A stretch of DNA of 64,000 nt from Eledone cirrhosa (lineage: Eukaryota). The position numbers and the translations under genes were made by a program. This document shows, one piece after another, positions 33,710 through 45,300 of this stretch. Numbering within the stretch: position 1 is the first letter of the stretch; each line of letters starts with the position of its first letter. Where the stretch lies: the NCBI GenBank assembly GCA_964016885.1, contig OZ024749.1, positions 19,034,001 through 19,098,000 on the forward strand, written 5' to 3'. The notes below the pieces were generated by a model that saw only the letters and a list, made by a program, of their open reading frames with translations, was not told where the DNA came from and ran no database searches.

Positions 33710-34435
33710 CAAATATAAATTATCGAGAATCGTATTTCGGACTATGAAATAACGAAAAACAACCTCCGAGGTGTGTGGCAAGTGCTCAATGGTTCAGAAG
33801 AACCAGAGCTACAACATACGTTAAAGGCCAAACACTGAGACGATGGTTAAACAATCATCCGCACAGCCAAAAAAACGATCAAGTAATTCGGGTCAAACAA
33901 ATGAAAATATATGTGATTGAAAATTTACCCGGACCCCTGGAAGGTTGGTAAAATCCAGCATTTGGGTTTCTGCGACTCCTAAATCAAGTACTGTCCGCTT
34001 ACATAAAAAATGTTAGGCTTCTGGTAAGATGATTGAACAAGGAAGCCACTTTTTCAACAGGTTTTTGTTCAATGCTAATACAAGGAATGACTGTTACTGA
34101 CCCCACGTGGGGATCGGTAAGGGAGGCAACCCCTATATTAGGCGAATGAATTCAGTTGTGTATATTATTGCAAGAATGCAAAAAATCACAAATCGAATAG
34201 AGTTCTCAACAGAAGGGTTAAAATTAACATAAGCTATTCATCAGTCAATAGAATCAACTAACAAATCAAGAAAATTAATTGGTCAATAGCTAGATTCTGG
34301 AGATTAATACAAATATGAATTATCGAGAATCGTATTTCGGACTATGAAATAACGAAAAAGAACCTCCGAGATGTGTGGCAAGTGGCCAATGGTTCAGAAG
34401 AACCAGAGCTACAACATACGTTAAAGGCCAAACAC
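33705..34435. mobile_element. 600-bp unit with 131-bp terminal direct repeat, flanked by (TA)n
   Basis: 33705-33835 matches 34305-34435 with a few substitutions. Confidence 0.7.
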
Positions 34436-34464
34436 ACACGTACATATATATATATATATATATA

Positions 34465-34543
34465 TAGGGTGCCTCCAAAAAATGTACACATACTTCAACA
34501 GCATTCTAATCAAAGTATGTATATATTTTTGGGGGACACCCAG
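34465..34543. mobile_element. tiny Tc1/mariner-like MITE
   Basis: TA|TAGGGTGCCTCCAAAAAATGTACACATACT ... AGTATGTATATATTTTTGGGGGACACCCAG|TA. Confidence 0.6.
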
Positions 34544-34611
34544 TATCTCTCTCTCTGTCACTAGAGAGAGATGTGTGTATCTGCATACATATGTATGTCT
34601 CTATGTGTATG

Positions 34612-34655
<44 letters not shown>

Positions 34656-34662
34656 GCTGTGT

Positions 34663-35158
34663 ATCATCATCATCATCGTTTAACGTCCATATTCCACGCT
34701 TGCATGGGTTTGGACGGGAGTTTTCCCACTTGAGGCAAGAGTGGTTGTCTTGCTCGCATAGGACTGTCTGGCGGGTTTTCTACGGCTGGATTCCCTTCCT
34801 AACACCAACCACATTTACAGTGTGGAACTGGGAGGTTTTTACCGTGTTACCTACACGGCCACATTACAGCGTGGACTGTGTGTTTTTTTTGTCGTGACAC
34901 CTACACGACCTCATTTGTTTTGGGCTTGGTGTGGATGGGGGGGGGTAGTGGGATGGGGGTGTATTTTGTTAGAGGTGCCTACTGACTGTAGTAGGTTTCA
35001 CTTTGTACTTAGGTAAGGCGGGTCTTCTCTATTACTGTGTAGCGCCAAAGATCTTGGTCCAGTGACATTGTCTTGGAGAGGTGTGTGTGAGGTCGGAATT
35101 TATCAAGTCGTCCCAAGTTTTTCTGGGTCTGCCTACTCCGTGGCTACCGTCTATTTTT
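34663..35158 (-). mobile_element. RTE LINE 3' fragment
   Basis: KIDGSHGVGRPRKTWDDLIN plus the same 3' UTR and (GAT)n tail. Confidence 0.88.
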
Positions 35159-35159
35159 A

Positions 35160-35567
35160 TGTATGTATGTATGTCTATATATATAGAGACATATGTATGT
35201 CTATATATATACACATATATATAGAGACATACATATCTATATATATACATATATATAGATATGTATGTCTCTGTATATATAGAGACATATGTATGTTTCT
35301 ATGTGTATGTCTCTCTCTATATATATAGATATGTATGTCGCTATATATATAGAGAGACATATGTATGTCTATATATATATAGAAAGAGATATATGTATGT
35401 CTCTCTCTATATATATAGAGAGACATATGTATGACTATATATATATAGAGAGATATGTATGTCTCTGTATATATAGAGAGACATATGTATGTCTCTATGT
35501 GTGTGTCTCTCTCTCTACATATATAGATATGTATGTCTCTATATATATAGAGAGACATGTATGTCTC

Positions 35568-35575
<8 letters not shown>
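35160..35575. repeat. quasi-palindromic minisatellite TATAGAGACATATGTATGTCTCTATA
   Basis: Directly visible. Confidence 0.8.
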
Positions 35576-35602
<27 letters not shown>

Positions 35603-35689
35603 ACATAATGTTATATTGGTATTCAATACAAGCAATCTTTTAAAAAGCTTTTTAGTATCTTGTACTAAAAACATTACTGTAGACTAAAC

Positions 35690-36715
35690 TACTACTAACA
35701 CCACCACTACTACTACTACTGACACCACAGTACCAACATCCCACCACAACACCACATCTGTATGTGTTGTTGTTTCTATTCTTACTGTTGTTGGTATTCC
35801 CTACCATCAACACCCACCACACCCAGCACTACCACCACCTCCCACACAACTAACACCCGTACCACTACTACCAACACACCACTACCACCACCTCCCACAC
35901 AACTAACACCCATGCCACTACTACCAACACACCACCACCCACACCACCACCACCTCCCACACAACTAACACCCATGCCACTACCACCAACACACCACCAC
36001 CACCACCCACACCACTACCACCACCCGTACCACTACCACTAACAATACCACTACCACCCACACCAATAACACCCATATCACTACCATCACCAGCAACAAC
36101 ACCACTAACACCATCAGTAACACACCTCCACTCACACCAATACCATTTACAATACCACCACCTCCACCACCACTACCACTTCTACCACCACGACCACCAC
36201 CACCATCACTGCTACCACCACCACTACCACTGCTACCACTGCCACCACTGCTACCACCACCACCACTGCTACCATCACCACCACCACTGCACCCAGCACC
36301 ACTGCTACCACCACCACCACCATCACTGCTACCACAACCACCACCACCATCACTGCTACCACCACCACCAGCACCACTGCTACCAGCACCACTGCTACCA
36401 CTACCACTTCTACCACTACCACTACCACTACCACCACCACTGCTACCACCACCACCACCACCACCACCACCACCACCACCACTGCTACCATCAGTGCTAC
36501 CACCACCACTACCACCACTGCTACCACCAGCACCACTGCTACCACCACCATCACCACTGCTACCACCACTACCACCACTGCTACCACCACCACCAGCACC
36601 ACTGCTACCACCACCACCACCACTGCCACCGCCACCACTATCACCACTGCTACCACCACCACTACCACCATTACCACTGCTACCACCACCACCACTACCA
36701 CCACCACCACCACCT
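35690..36715. repeat. (CAC/TAC)n trinucleotide low-complexity tract
   Basis: Directly visible. Confidence 0.9.
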
Positions 36716-36937
36716 TCACTGTCTGTTACTGTTGTTATTGGAGTTGTTTGGACATATCAGTATATATGTATGTACACAACACATTACATGCTGGAATGGA
36801 ATCTACACAAGGAAAACCACAACTGTGTGTGTATGTAAGTGTGTGTATGTGTATGTAAGTATGTGTTTAATGTGTGTATATGTGTAATGTATGCAATACT
36901 GTATGCATGTGTATATGTAATTATGTATGTGCTTATT

Positions 36938-36969
<32 letters not shown>

Positions 36970-37054
36970 ATATACAAGCACCCTATATATATATATATAT
37001 ATATGTAGATAAATCTATATATATAGATAAATATATATATATATATATATGTAG

Positions 37055-37106
<52 letters not shown>

Positions 37107-37187
37107 GTTATTCCGGCTTGAGTCGGAGGTAACCACAGTAAGTAAGGTACTCAATACATTGCAGAGTATAAAAGTTTTAATATAGAT

Positions 37188-37240
37188 GAGATTCTACAGG
37201 ACTAGAACTGTTTCATTCTTTAGAAATCATCAGGAATCTC
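37188..37240 (-). ncRNA. type I hammerhead ribozyme, followed by an inverted partial copy (37241-37270)
   Basis: GAGATTC-CTGATGA-TTTCTAAAGAAT-GAAA-CAG(TTCTAGTC)CTG-TA-GAATCTC; flank 37106-37180 homologous to 5495-5570. Confidence 0.85.
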
Positions 37241-37627
37241 CTGATGATTTCTAAAGAATGAAACAGTTCTATATTAAAACTTATATATATATATATATAT
37301 TTTAGGTTTATTAGGGCTTATAAGCTTTATGAGCTTATTGAGGTGTTTTTTAAGGTGCCTTTAAGGGTTCCCAAGTCTTTTACTTTTAATGCGTAACTTA
37401 TAAATTCTTTAATTTTTAACCTTCAATCCCTAACTTTTAGGCCCTTTTCAAATTCTCTTAATTCCCTCTAACTCATCCCTTTTACAACTCCTACAACTAT
37501 TATAAAAGAGCCCCCTTAGAATATAGACCCCAGATAAACAAGCTGAGCTGTTGATGTATACCACGATTTCAAACTGCTAATCTTGAGTGAAACGTTGATG
37601 AAAATACTGACCTTACAATTACCTGTT

Positions 37628-37680
37628 ATATGCCATGAAAAGTCCCACCATATGGTCGGACGAAACGGCTGTCGGCAATA
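37628..37680 (+). ncRNA. degenerate hammerhead (CUGANGA mutated to ATGAAAA)
   Basis: TGCC-atgaaaa-GTCC..GGAC-GAAA-CGGCTG-TC-GGCA; all three stems pair. Confidence 0.6.
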
Positions 37681-37724
37681 AACTTGTTGTAATTTCATAA
37701 AAGTTCCTTTGTTCTTTTTCTTTA

Positions 37725-37758
<34 letters not shown>

Positions 37759-38388
37759 TGAAAGGATAACAAGGATGATTGATTTTTCCTTCATTGCATT
37801 TATTGATAGGTGACGCGCGTTTCACCACTGATCAGCTCAAGGTTCGATCTATATCGATCCTACCCGACTCAATAATCGGCAGCTCGACGGACCCTCTTAA
37901 AATGCTATAAGAAAATGAAATACATGCTATGTGGTAAAGTCAGAGTTTCAAGAGTTTGACAAAATGAGTTGTTTTGATTGGTGGGAAGGATCAAGGGGAT
38001 GTACTGGCCTGTAGTGTATATGGGGTGGGTGTGATGGTGAGTTGTTAGTGACGGTCGGTGGATGAGATGGGCTGTGGTGTGGTGGTGGTGGGTTGGCCTT
38101 GGCGTGTGGAGTATGCGGGGGTGGATGTGATGATATGGTGGTGGTTATGGTTGCTTAGTGGGATGGGCTGTGTTATGAGGTTAGTGGATTGTCAGTAGAT
38201 GGGTTGGCGTGTGTGTGGGGGTGTGGTAGTGGTGCCGTTGTCTATGGTAGTGGCGTTTGTGGTGGTGTCAGGTCCTTACATAGATACATAGCTAGACGCT
38301 CTTTGTCTGACAAATACTTTGTATATACGTATATGCACACATATATATGTATATATGTGCACATATATGTATATATGTGCACCCCTGG

Positions 38389-38450
<62 letters not shown>

Positions 38451-38596
38451 CAAACCATCACCTCCTATACTAGCAGCCAATTTCTATATACATACTAAAA
38501 CCACCACCACCTGTGGTGTACTAGCACCCTATATATATATATATATATACACACCACCACCTAAGTGGTGTAGTAACAGCTAATTTATATATATAT

Positions 38597-38937
38597 CATC
38601 ATTCATCATCATTTCATTTTACGTCCACTTTTCCCTGCTTGCAAGGGTGGGACGGGAACTGATTCTGGCTTGATTTCTACAGCTGGATGCCCTTCCTAAC
38701 ACCAACCTCATTTACAGTGAGTGCTGGGTGCTTTTTTGCCGTGGCACCTCCACGACCACTTTGCAGTGGAATGATAGGGACCCCAGTCCCTATCATCTCA
38801 TTTCTACAGCTGAGTAAACTGGAGCAATGTGAAATAAAGTGCCTTGCTCAAGGAAACAACACATCACCTGGTCTGAGAATTGAACTCACAACCTTTCGAT
38901 TGCAAGGCCAATGCTCTAACCACTAAGCCATGTGCCT
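38597..38937 (-). mobile_element. SINE family A
   Basis: Near-identical reverse complement of 21-364. Confidence 0.88.
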
Positions 38938-39104
38938 CCATATACACAATATATACACTCCACCATCAACACACCACCACACCACCCAAATGGTGTAGTA
39001 ACAAGCAATTTAGGCCAGCTGGTAAAACTGGCTTAAATTCTATGATGTTCACTTCAGTTAACATCATGTCATGAAGCTGGACTGTTGTTATTATTTCTAC
39101 AGAC

Positions 39105-39290
39105 GTGGATTGGCAATATTGGTAGAGGGTCGGACGCCATGCTTTGATGCATAGAGTTACGGCCCTTGCCATTCTGAGTTCAAATTCCGCCGAGGTAAAC
39201 TTTGCCTTTCATCCTTATGGGGTCGATAAAATAAAGTACCAGTAATGCACTGGGATAATTGCTGGCATGGTGCCAAACGTAGAAACAATT
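39105..39290 (+). mobile_element. SINE family B
   Basis: Matches the other family B copies. Confidence 0.8.
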
Positions 39291-39323
39291 ATTTCTACAG
39301 ACATATATTTCACACTGTGTCAG

Positions 39324-42300
39324 GGCATAGTGGTGGTGGGCATGGTAGGACTGTTTAGTGGAGGTCTGGTGTAGTGGTGGTGGGCATGGTAGGACTGTTT
39401 AGTGGAGGTCTGGTGTGGTGGGGAGTGTTGGAACATTGATACAGTGGTGGTGGTGGTGGGTATGGTAGGACTGTTTAGTGGAGGTCTGGTGTGGTGGGGA
39501 GTGTTGGAACATTGATACAGTGGTGGTGGTGGTGGGTATGGTAGGACTGTTTAGTGGAGGTCTGGTGTGGTGGGGAGTGTTGGAACATTGATACAGTGGT
39601 GGTGGTGGTGGGCATGGTAGGACTGTTTAGTGGAGGTCTGGTGTGGTGGGGAGTGTTGGAACATTGATACAGTGGTGGTGGGCATGGTAGGACTGTTTAG
39701 TGGAGGTCTGGTGTGGTGGGGAGTGTTGGAACATTGATACAGTGGTGGTGGTGGTGGTGGGTATGGTAGGACTGTTTAGTGGAGGTCTGGTGTGGTGGGG
39801 AGTGTTGGAACATTGATACAGTGGTGGTGGGCATGGTAGGACTGTTTAGTGGAGGTCTGGTGTGGTGGGGAGTGTTGGAACATTGATACAGTGGTGGTGG
39901 GCATGGTAGGACTGTTTAGTGGAGGTCTGGTGTGATGGGGAGTGTTGGAACATTGATACAGTGGTGGTGGTGGTGGGTATGGTAGGACTGTTTAGTGGAG
40001 GTCTGGTGTAGTGGTGGTGGGCATGGTAGGACTGTTTAGTGGAGGTCTGGTGTAGTGGTGAGTGTTGGAACATTGATACAGTGGTGGTGGTGGTGGGCAT
40101 GGTAGGACTGTTTAGTGGAGGTCTGGTGTAGTGGTGGTGGGCATGGTAGGACTGTTTAGTGGAGGTCTGGTGTGGTGGGGAGTGTTGGAACATTGATACA
40201 GTGGTGGTGGTGGTGGTGGGCATGGTAGGACTGTTTAGTGGAGGTCTGGTGTGGTGGGGAGTGTTGGAACATTGATAGTGGTGGTGGTGGTGGGCATGGT
40301 AGGACTGTTTAGTGGAGGTCTGGTGTAGTGGTGGTGGGCATGGTAGGACTGTTTAGTGGAGGTCTGGTGTAGTGGTGAGTGTTGGAACATTGATAGTGGT
40401 GGTGGTGGTGGGCATGGTAGGACTGTTTAGTGGAGGTCTGGTGTAGTGGTGGTGGGCATGGTAGGACTGTTTAGTGGAGGTCTGGTGTAGTGGTGGTGGT
40501 GGTGGGCATGGTAGGACTGTTTAGTGGAGGTCTGGTGTGGTGGGGAGTGTTGGAACATTGATACAGTGGTGGTGGTGGTGGGTATGGTAGGACTGTTTAG
40601 TGGAGGTCTGGTGTAGTGGTGAGTGTTGGAACATTGATACAGTGGTGGTGGTGGTGGGTATGGTAGGACTGTTTAGTGGAGGTCTGGTGTAGTGGTGGTG
40701 GGCATGGTAGGACTGTTTAGTGGAGGTCTGGTGTAGTGGTGGTGGGCATGGTAGGACTGTTTAGTGGAGGTCTGGTGTAGTGGGGAGTGTTGGAACATTG
40801 ATACAGTGGTGGTGGGCATGGTAGGACTGTTTAGTGGAGGTCTGGTGTGGTGGGGAGTGTTGGAACATTGATACAGTGGTGGTGGGCATGGTAGGACTGT
40901 TTAGTGGAGGTCTGGTGTAGTGGTGGTGGGCATGGTAGGACTGTTTAGTGGAGGTCTGGTGTAGTGGTGGTGGGCATGGTAGGACTGTTTAGTGGAGGTC
41001 TGGTGTAGTGGTGGTGGGCATGGTAGGACTGTTTAGTGGAGGTCTGGTGTGGTGGGGAGTGTTGGAACATTGATACAGTGGTGGTGGGCATGGTAGGACT
41101 GTTTAGTGGAGGTCTGGTGTGGTGGGGAGTGTTGGAACATTGATACAGTGGTGGTGGTGGTGGGTATGGTAGGACTGTTTAGTGGAGGTTTGGTGTGGTG
41201 GGGAGTGTTGGAACATTGATACAGTGGTGGTGGGCATGGTAGGACTGTTTAGTGGAGGTCTGGTGTGGTGAGGAGTGTTGGAACATTGATACAGTGGTGG
41301 TGGGCATGGTAGGACTGTTTAGTGGAGGTCTGGTGTAGTGGTGGTGGGCATGGTAGGACTGTTTAGTGGAGGTCTGGTGTAGTGGTGGTGGGCATGGTAG
41401 GACTGTTTAGTGGAGGTCTGGTGTAGTGGTGGTGGGCATGGTAGGACTGTTTAGTGGAGGTCTGGTGTGGTGGGGAGTGTTGGAACATTGATACAGTGGT
41501 GGTGGGCATGGTAGGACTGTTTAGTGGAGGTCTGGTGTGGTGGGGAGTGTCGGAACATTGATACAGTGGTGGTGGGCATGGTAGGACTGTTTAGTGGAGG
41601 TCTGGTGTGGTGGGGAGTGTTGGAACATTGATACAGTGGTGGTGGTGGTGGACATGGTAGGACTGTTTAGTGGAGGTCTGGTGTGGTGGTGAGTGTTGGA
41701 ACATTGATACAGTGGTGGTGGTGGTGGGCATGGTAGGACTGTTTAGTGGAGGTCTGGTGTGGTGGGGAGTGTTGGAACATTGATACAGTGGTGGTGGTGG
41801 TGGGTATGGTAGGACTGTTTAGTGGAGGTCTGGTGTAGTGGTGGTGGGTATGGTAGGACTGTTTAGTGGAGGTCTGGTGTGGTGGGGAGTGTTGGAACAT
41901 TGATACAGTGGTGGTGGTGGTGGGTATGGTAGGACTGTTTAGTGGAGGTCTGGTGTGGTGGGGAGTGTTGGAACATTGATACAGTGGTGGTGGTGGTGGG
42001 CATGGTAGGACTGTTTAGTGGAGGTCTGGTGTGGTGGGGAGTGTTGGAACATTGATACAGTGGTGGTGGGCATGGTAGGACTGTTTAGTGGAGGTCTGGT
42101 GTGGTGGGGAGTGTTGGAACATTGATACAGTGGTGGTGGTGGTGGTGGGTATGGTAGGACTGTTTAGTGGAGGTCTGGTGTGGTGGGGAGTGTTGGAACA
42201 TTGATACAGTGGTGGTGGGCATGGTAGGACTGTTTAGTGGAGGTCTGGTGTGGTGGGGAGTGTTGGAACATTGATACAGTGGTGGTGGGCATGGTAGGAC

Positions 42301-45300
42301 TGTTTAGTGGAGGTCTGGTGTGATGGGGAGTGTTGGAACATTGATACAGTGGTGGTGGTGGTGGGTATGGTAGGACTGTTTAGTGGAGGTCTGGTGTAGT
42401 GGTGGTGGGCATGGTAGGACTGTTTAGTGGAGGTCTGGTGTAGTGGTGAGTGTTGGAACATTGATACAGTGGTGGTGGTGGTGGGCATGGTAGGACTGTT
42501 TAGTGGAGGTCTGGTGTAGTGGTGGTGGGCATGGTAGGACTGTTTAGTGGAGGTCTGGTGTGGTGGGGAGTGTTGGAACATTGATACAGTGGTGGTGGTG
42601 GTGGTGGGCATGGTAGGACTGTTTAGTGGAGGTCTGGTGTGGTGGGGAGTGTTGGAACATTGATAGTGGTGGTGGTGGTGGGCATGGTAGGACTGTTTAG
42701 TGGAGGTCTGGTGTAGTGGTGGTGGGCATGGTAGGACTGTTTAGTGGAGGTCTGGTGTAGTGGTGAGTGTTGGAACATTGATAGTGGTGGTGGTGGTGGT
42801 GGGCATGGTAGGACTGTTTAGTGGAGGTCTGGTGTAGTGGTGGTGGGCATGGTAGGACTGTTTAGTGGAGGTCTGGTGTAGTGGTGGTGGTGGTGGGCAT
42901 GGTAGGACTGTTTAGTGGAGGTCTGGTGTGGTGGGGAGTGTTGGAACATTGATACAGTGGTGGTGGTGGTGGGTATGGTAGGACTGTTTAGTGGAGGTCT
43001 GGTGTAGTGGTGAGTGTTGGAACATTGATACAGTGGTGGTGGTGGTGGGTATGGTAGGACTGTTTAGTGGAGGTCTGGTGTAGTGGTGGTGGGCATGGTA
43101 GGACTGTTTAGTGGAGGTCTGGTGTAGTGGTGGTGGGCATGGTAGGACTGTTTAGTGGAGGTCTGGTGTAGTGGGGAGTGTTGGAACATTGATACAGTGG
43201 TGGTGGGCATGGTAGGACTGTTTAGTGGAGGTCTGGTGTGGTGGGGAGTGTTGGAACATTGATACAGTGGTGGTGGGCATGGTAGGACTGTTTAGTGGAG
43301 GTCTGGTGTAGTGGTGGTGGGCATGGTAGGACTGTTTAGTGGAGGTCTGGTGTGGTGGGGAGTGTTGGAACATTGATACAGTGGTGGTGGGCATGGTAGG
43401 ACTGTTTAGTGGAGGTCTGGTGTGGTGGGGAGTGTTGGAACATTGATACAGTGGTGGTGGTGGTGGGTATGGTAGGACTGTTTAGTGGAGGTTCGGTGTG
43501 GTGGGGAGTGTTGGAACATTGATACAGTGGTGGTGGGCATGGTAGGACTGTTTAGTGGAGGTCTGGTGTGGTGAGGAGTGTTGGAACATTGATACAGTGG
43601 TGGTGGTGGTGGGTATGGTAGGACTGTTTAGTGGAGGTCTGGTGTGGTGGGGAGTGTTGGAACATTGATACAGTGGTGGTGGGCATGGTAGGACTGTTTA
43701 GTGGAGGTCTGGTGTAGTGGTGGTGGGCATGGTAGGACTGTTTAGTGGAGGTCTGGTGTAGTGGTGGTGGGCATGGTAGGACTGTTTAGTGGAGGTCTGG
43801 TGTAGTGGTGGTGGGCATGGTAGGACTGTTTAGTGGAGGTCTGGTGTGGTGGGGAGTGTTGGAACATTGATACAGTGGTGGTGGGCATGGTAGGACTGTT
43901 TAGTGGAGGTCTGGTGTGGTGGGGAGTGTCGGAACATTGATACAGTGGTGGTGGGCATGGTAGGACTGTTTAGTGGAGGTCTGGTGTGGTGGGGAGTGTT
44001 GGAACATTGATACAGTGGTGGTGGTGGTGGACATGGTAGGACTGTTTAGTGGAGGTCTGGTGTGGTGGTGAGTGTTGGAACATTGATACAGTGGTGGTGG
44101 TGGTGGGCATGGTAGGACTGTTTAGTGGAGGTCTGGTGTGGTGGGGAGTGTTGGAACATTGATACAGTGGTGGTGGTGGTGGTGGGTATGGTAGGACTGT
44201 TTAGTGAAGGTCTGGTGTGGTGGTGAGTGTTGGAACATTGATACAGTGGTGGTGGTGGTGGGTATGGTAGGACTGTTTAGTGGAGGTCTGGTGTAGTGGT
44301 GGTGGGCATGGTAGGACTGTTTAGTGGAGGTCTGGTGTGGTGGGGAGTGTTGGAACATTGATACAGTGGTGGTGGGCATGGTAGGACTGTTTAGTGGAGG
44401 TCTGGTGTAGTGGTGGTGGGCATGGTAGGACTGTTTAGTGGAGGTCTGGTGTGGTGGGGAGTGTTGGAACATTGATACAGTGGTGGTGGGCATGGTAGGA
44501 CTGTTTAGTGGAGGTCTGGTGTGGTGGGGAGTGTTGGAACATTGATACAGTGGTGGTGGGCATGGTAGGACTGTTTAGTGGAGGTCTGGTGTGGTGGGGA
44601 GTGTTGGAACATTGATACAGTGGTGGTGGTGGTGGGTATGGTAGGACTGTTTAGTGGAGGTCTGGTGTGGTGGGGAGTGTTGGAACATTGATACAGTGGT
44701 GGTGGTGGTGGGCATGGTAGGACTGTTTAGTGGAGGTCTGGTGTAGTGGTGAGTGTTGGAACATTGATACAGTGGTGGTGGTGGTGGGTATGGTAGGACT
44801 GTTTAGTGGAGGTCTGGTGTAGTGGTGAGTGTTGGAACATTGATACAGTGGTGGTGGTGGTGGGTATGGTAGGACTGTTTAGTGCAGGTCTGGTGTAGTG
44901 GTGGTGGGTATGGTAGGACTGTTTAGTGGAGGTCTGGTGTGGTGGGGAGTGTTGGAACATTGATACAGTGGTGGTGGTGGTGGGCATGGTAGGACTGTTT
45001 AGTGGAGGTCTGGTGTGGTGGGGAGTGTTGGAACATTGATACAGTGGTGGTGGTGGTGGGCATGGTAGGACTGTTTAGTGGAGGTCTGGTGTAGTGGTGA
45101 GTGTTGGAACATTGATACAGTGGTGGGTATGGTAGGACTGTTTAGTGGAGGTCTGGTGTAGTGGTGAGTGTTGGAACATTGATACAGTGGTGGTGGGCAT
45201 GGTAGGACTGTTTAGTGGAGGTCTGGTGTAGTGGTGAGTGTTGGAACATTGATACAGTGGTGGGTATGGTAGGACTGTTTAGTGGAGGTCTGGTGTAGTG

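Noticed and set aside
34090-34160. HDV-like ribozyme around CCCCACGTGGGG
   Set aside because: P3 and P1 could not be built convincingly by eye; kept only as a hairpin
36147-36719. Poly-Val/Thr ORFs (also 57581-58423)
   Set aside because: Trinucleotide low-complexity tracts
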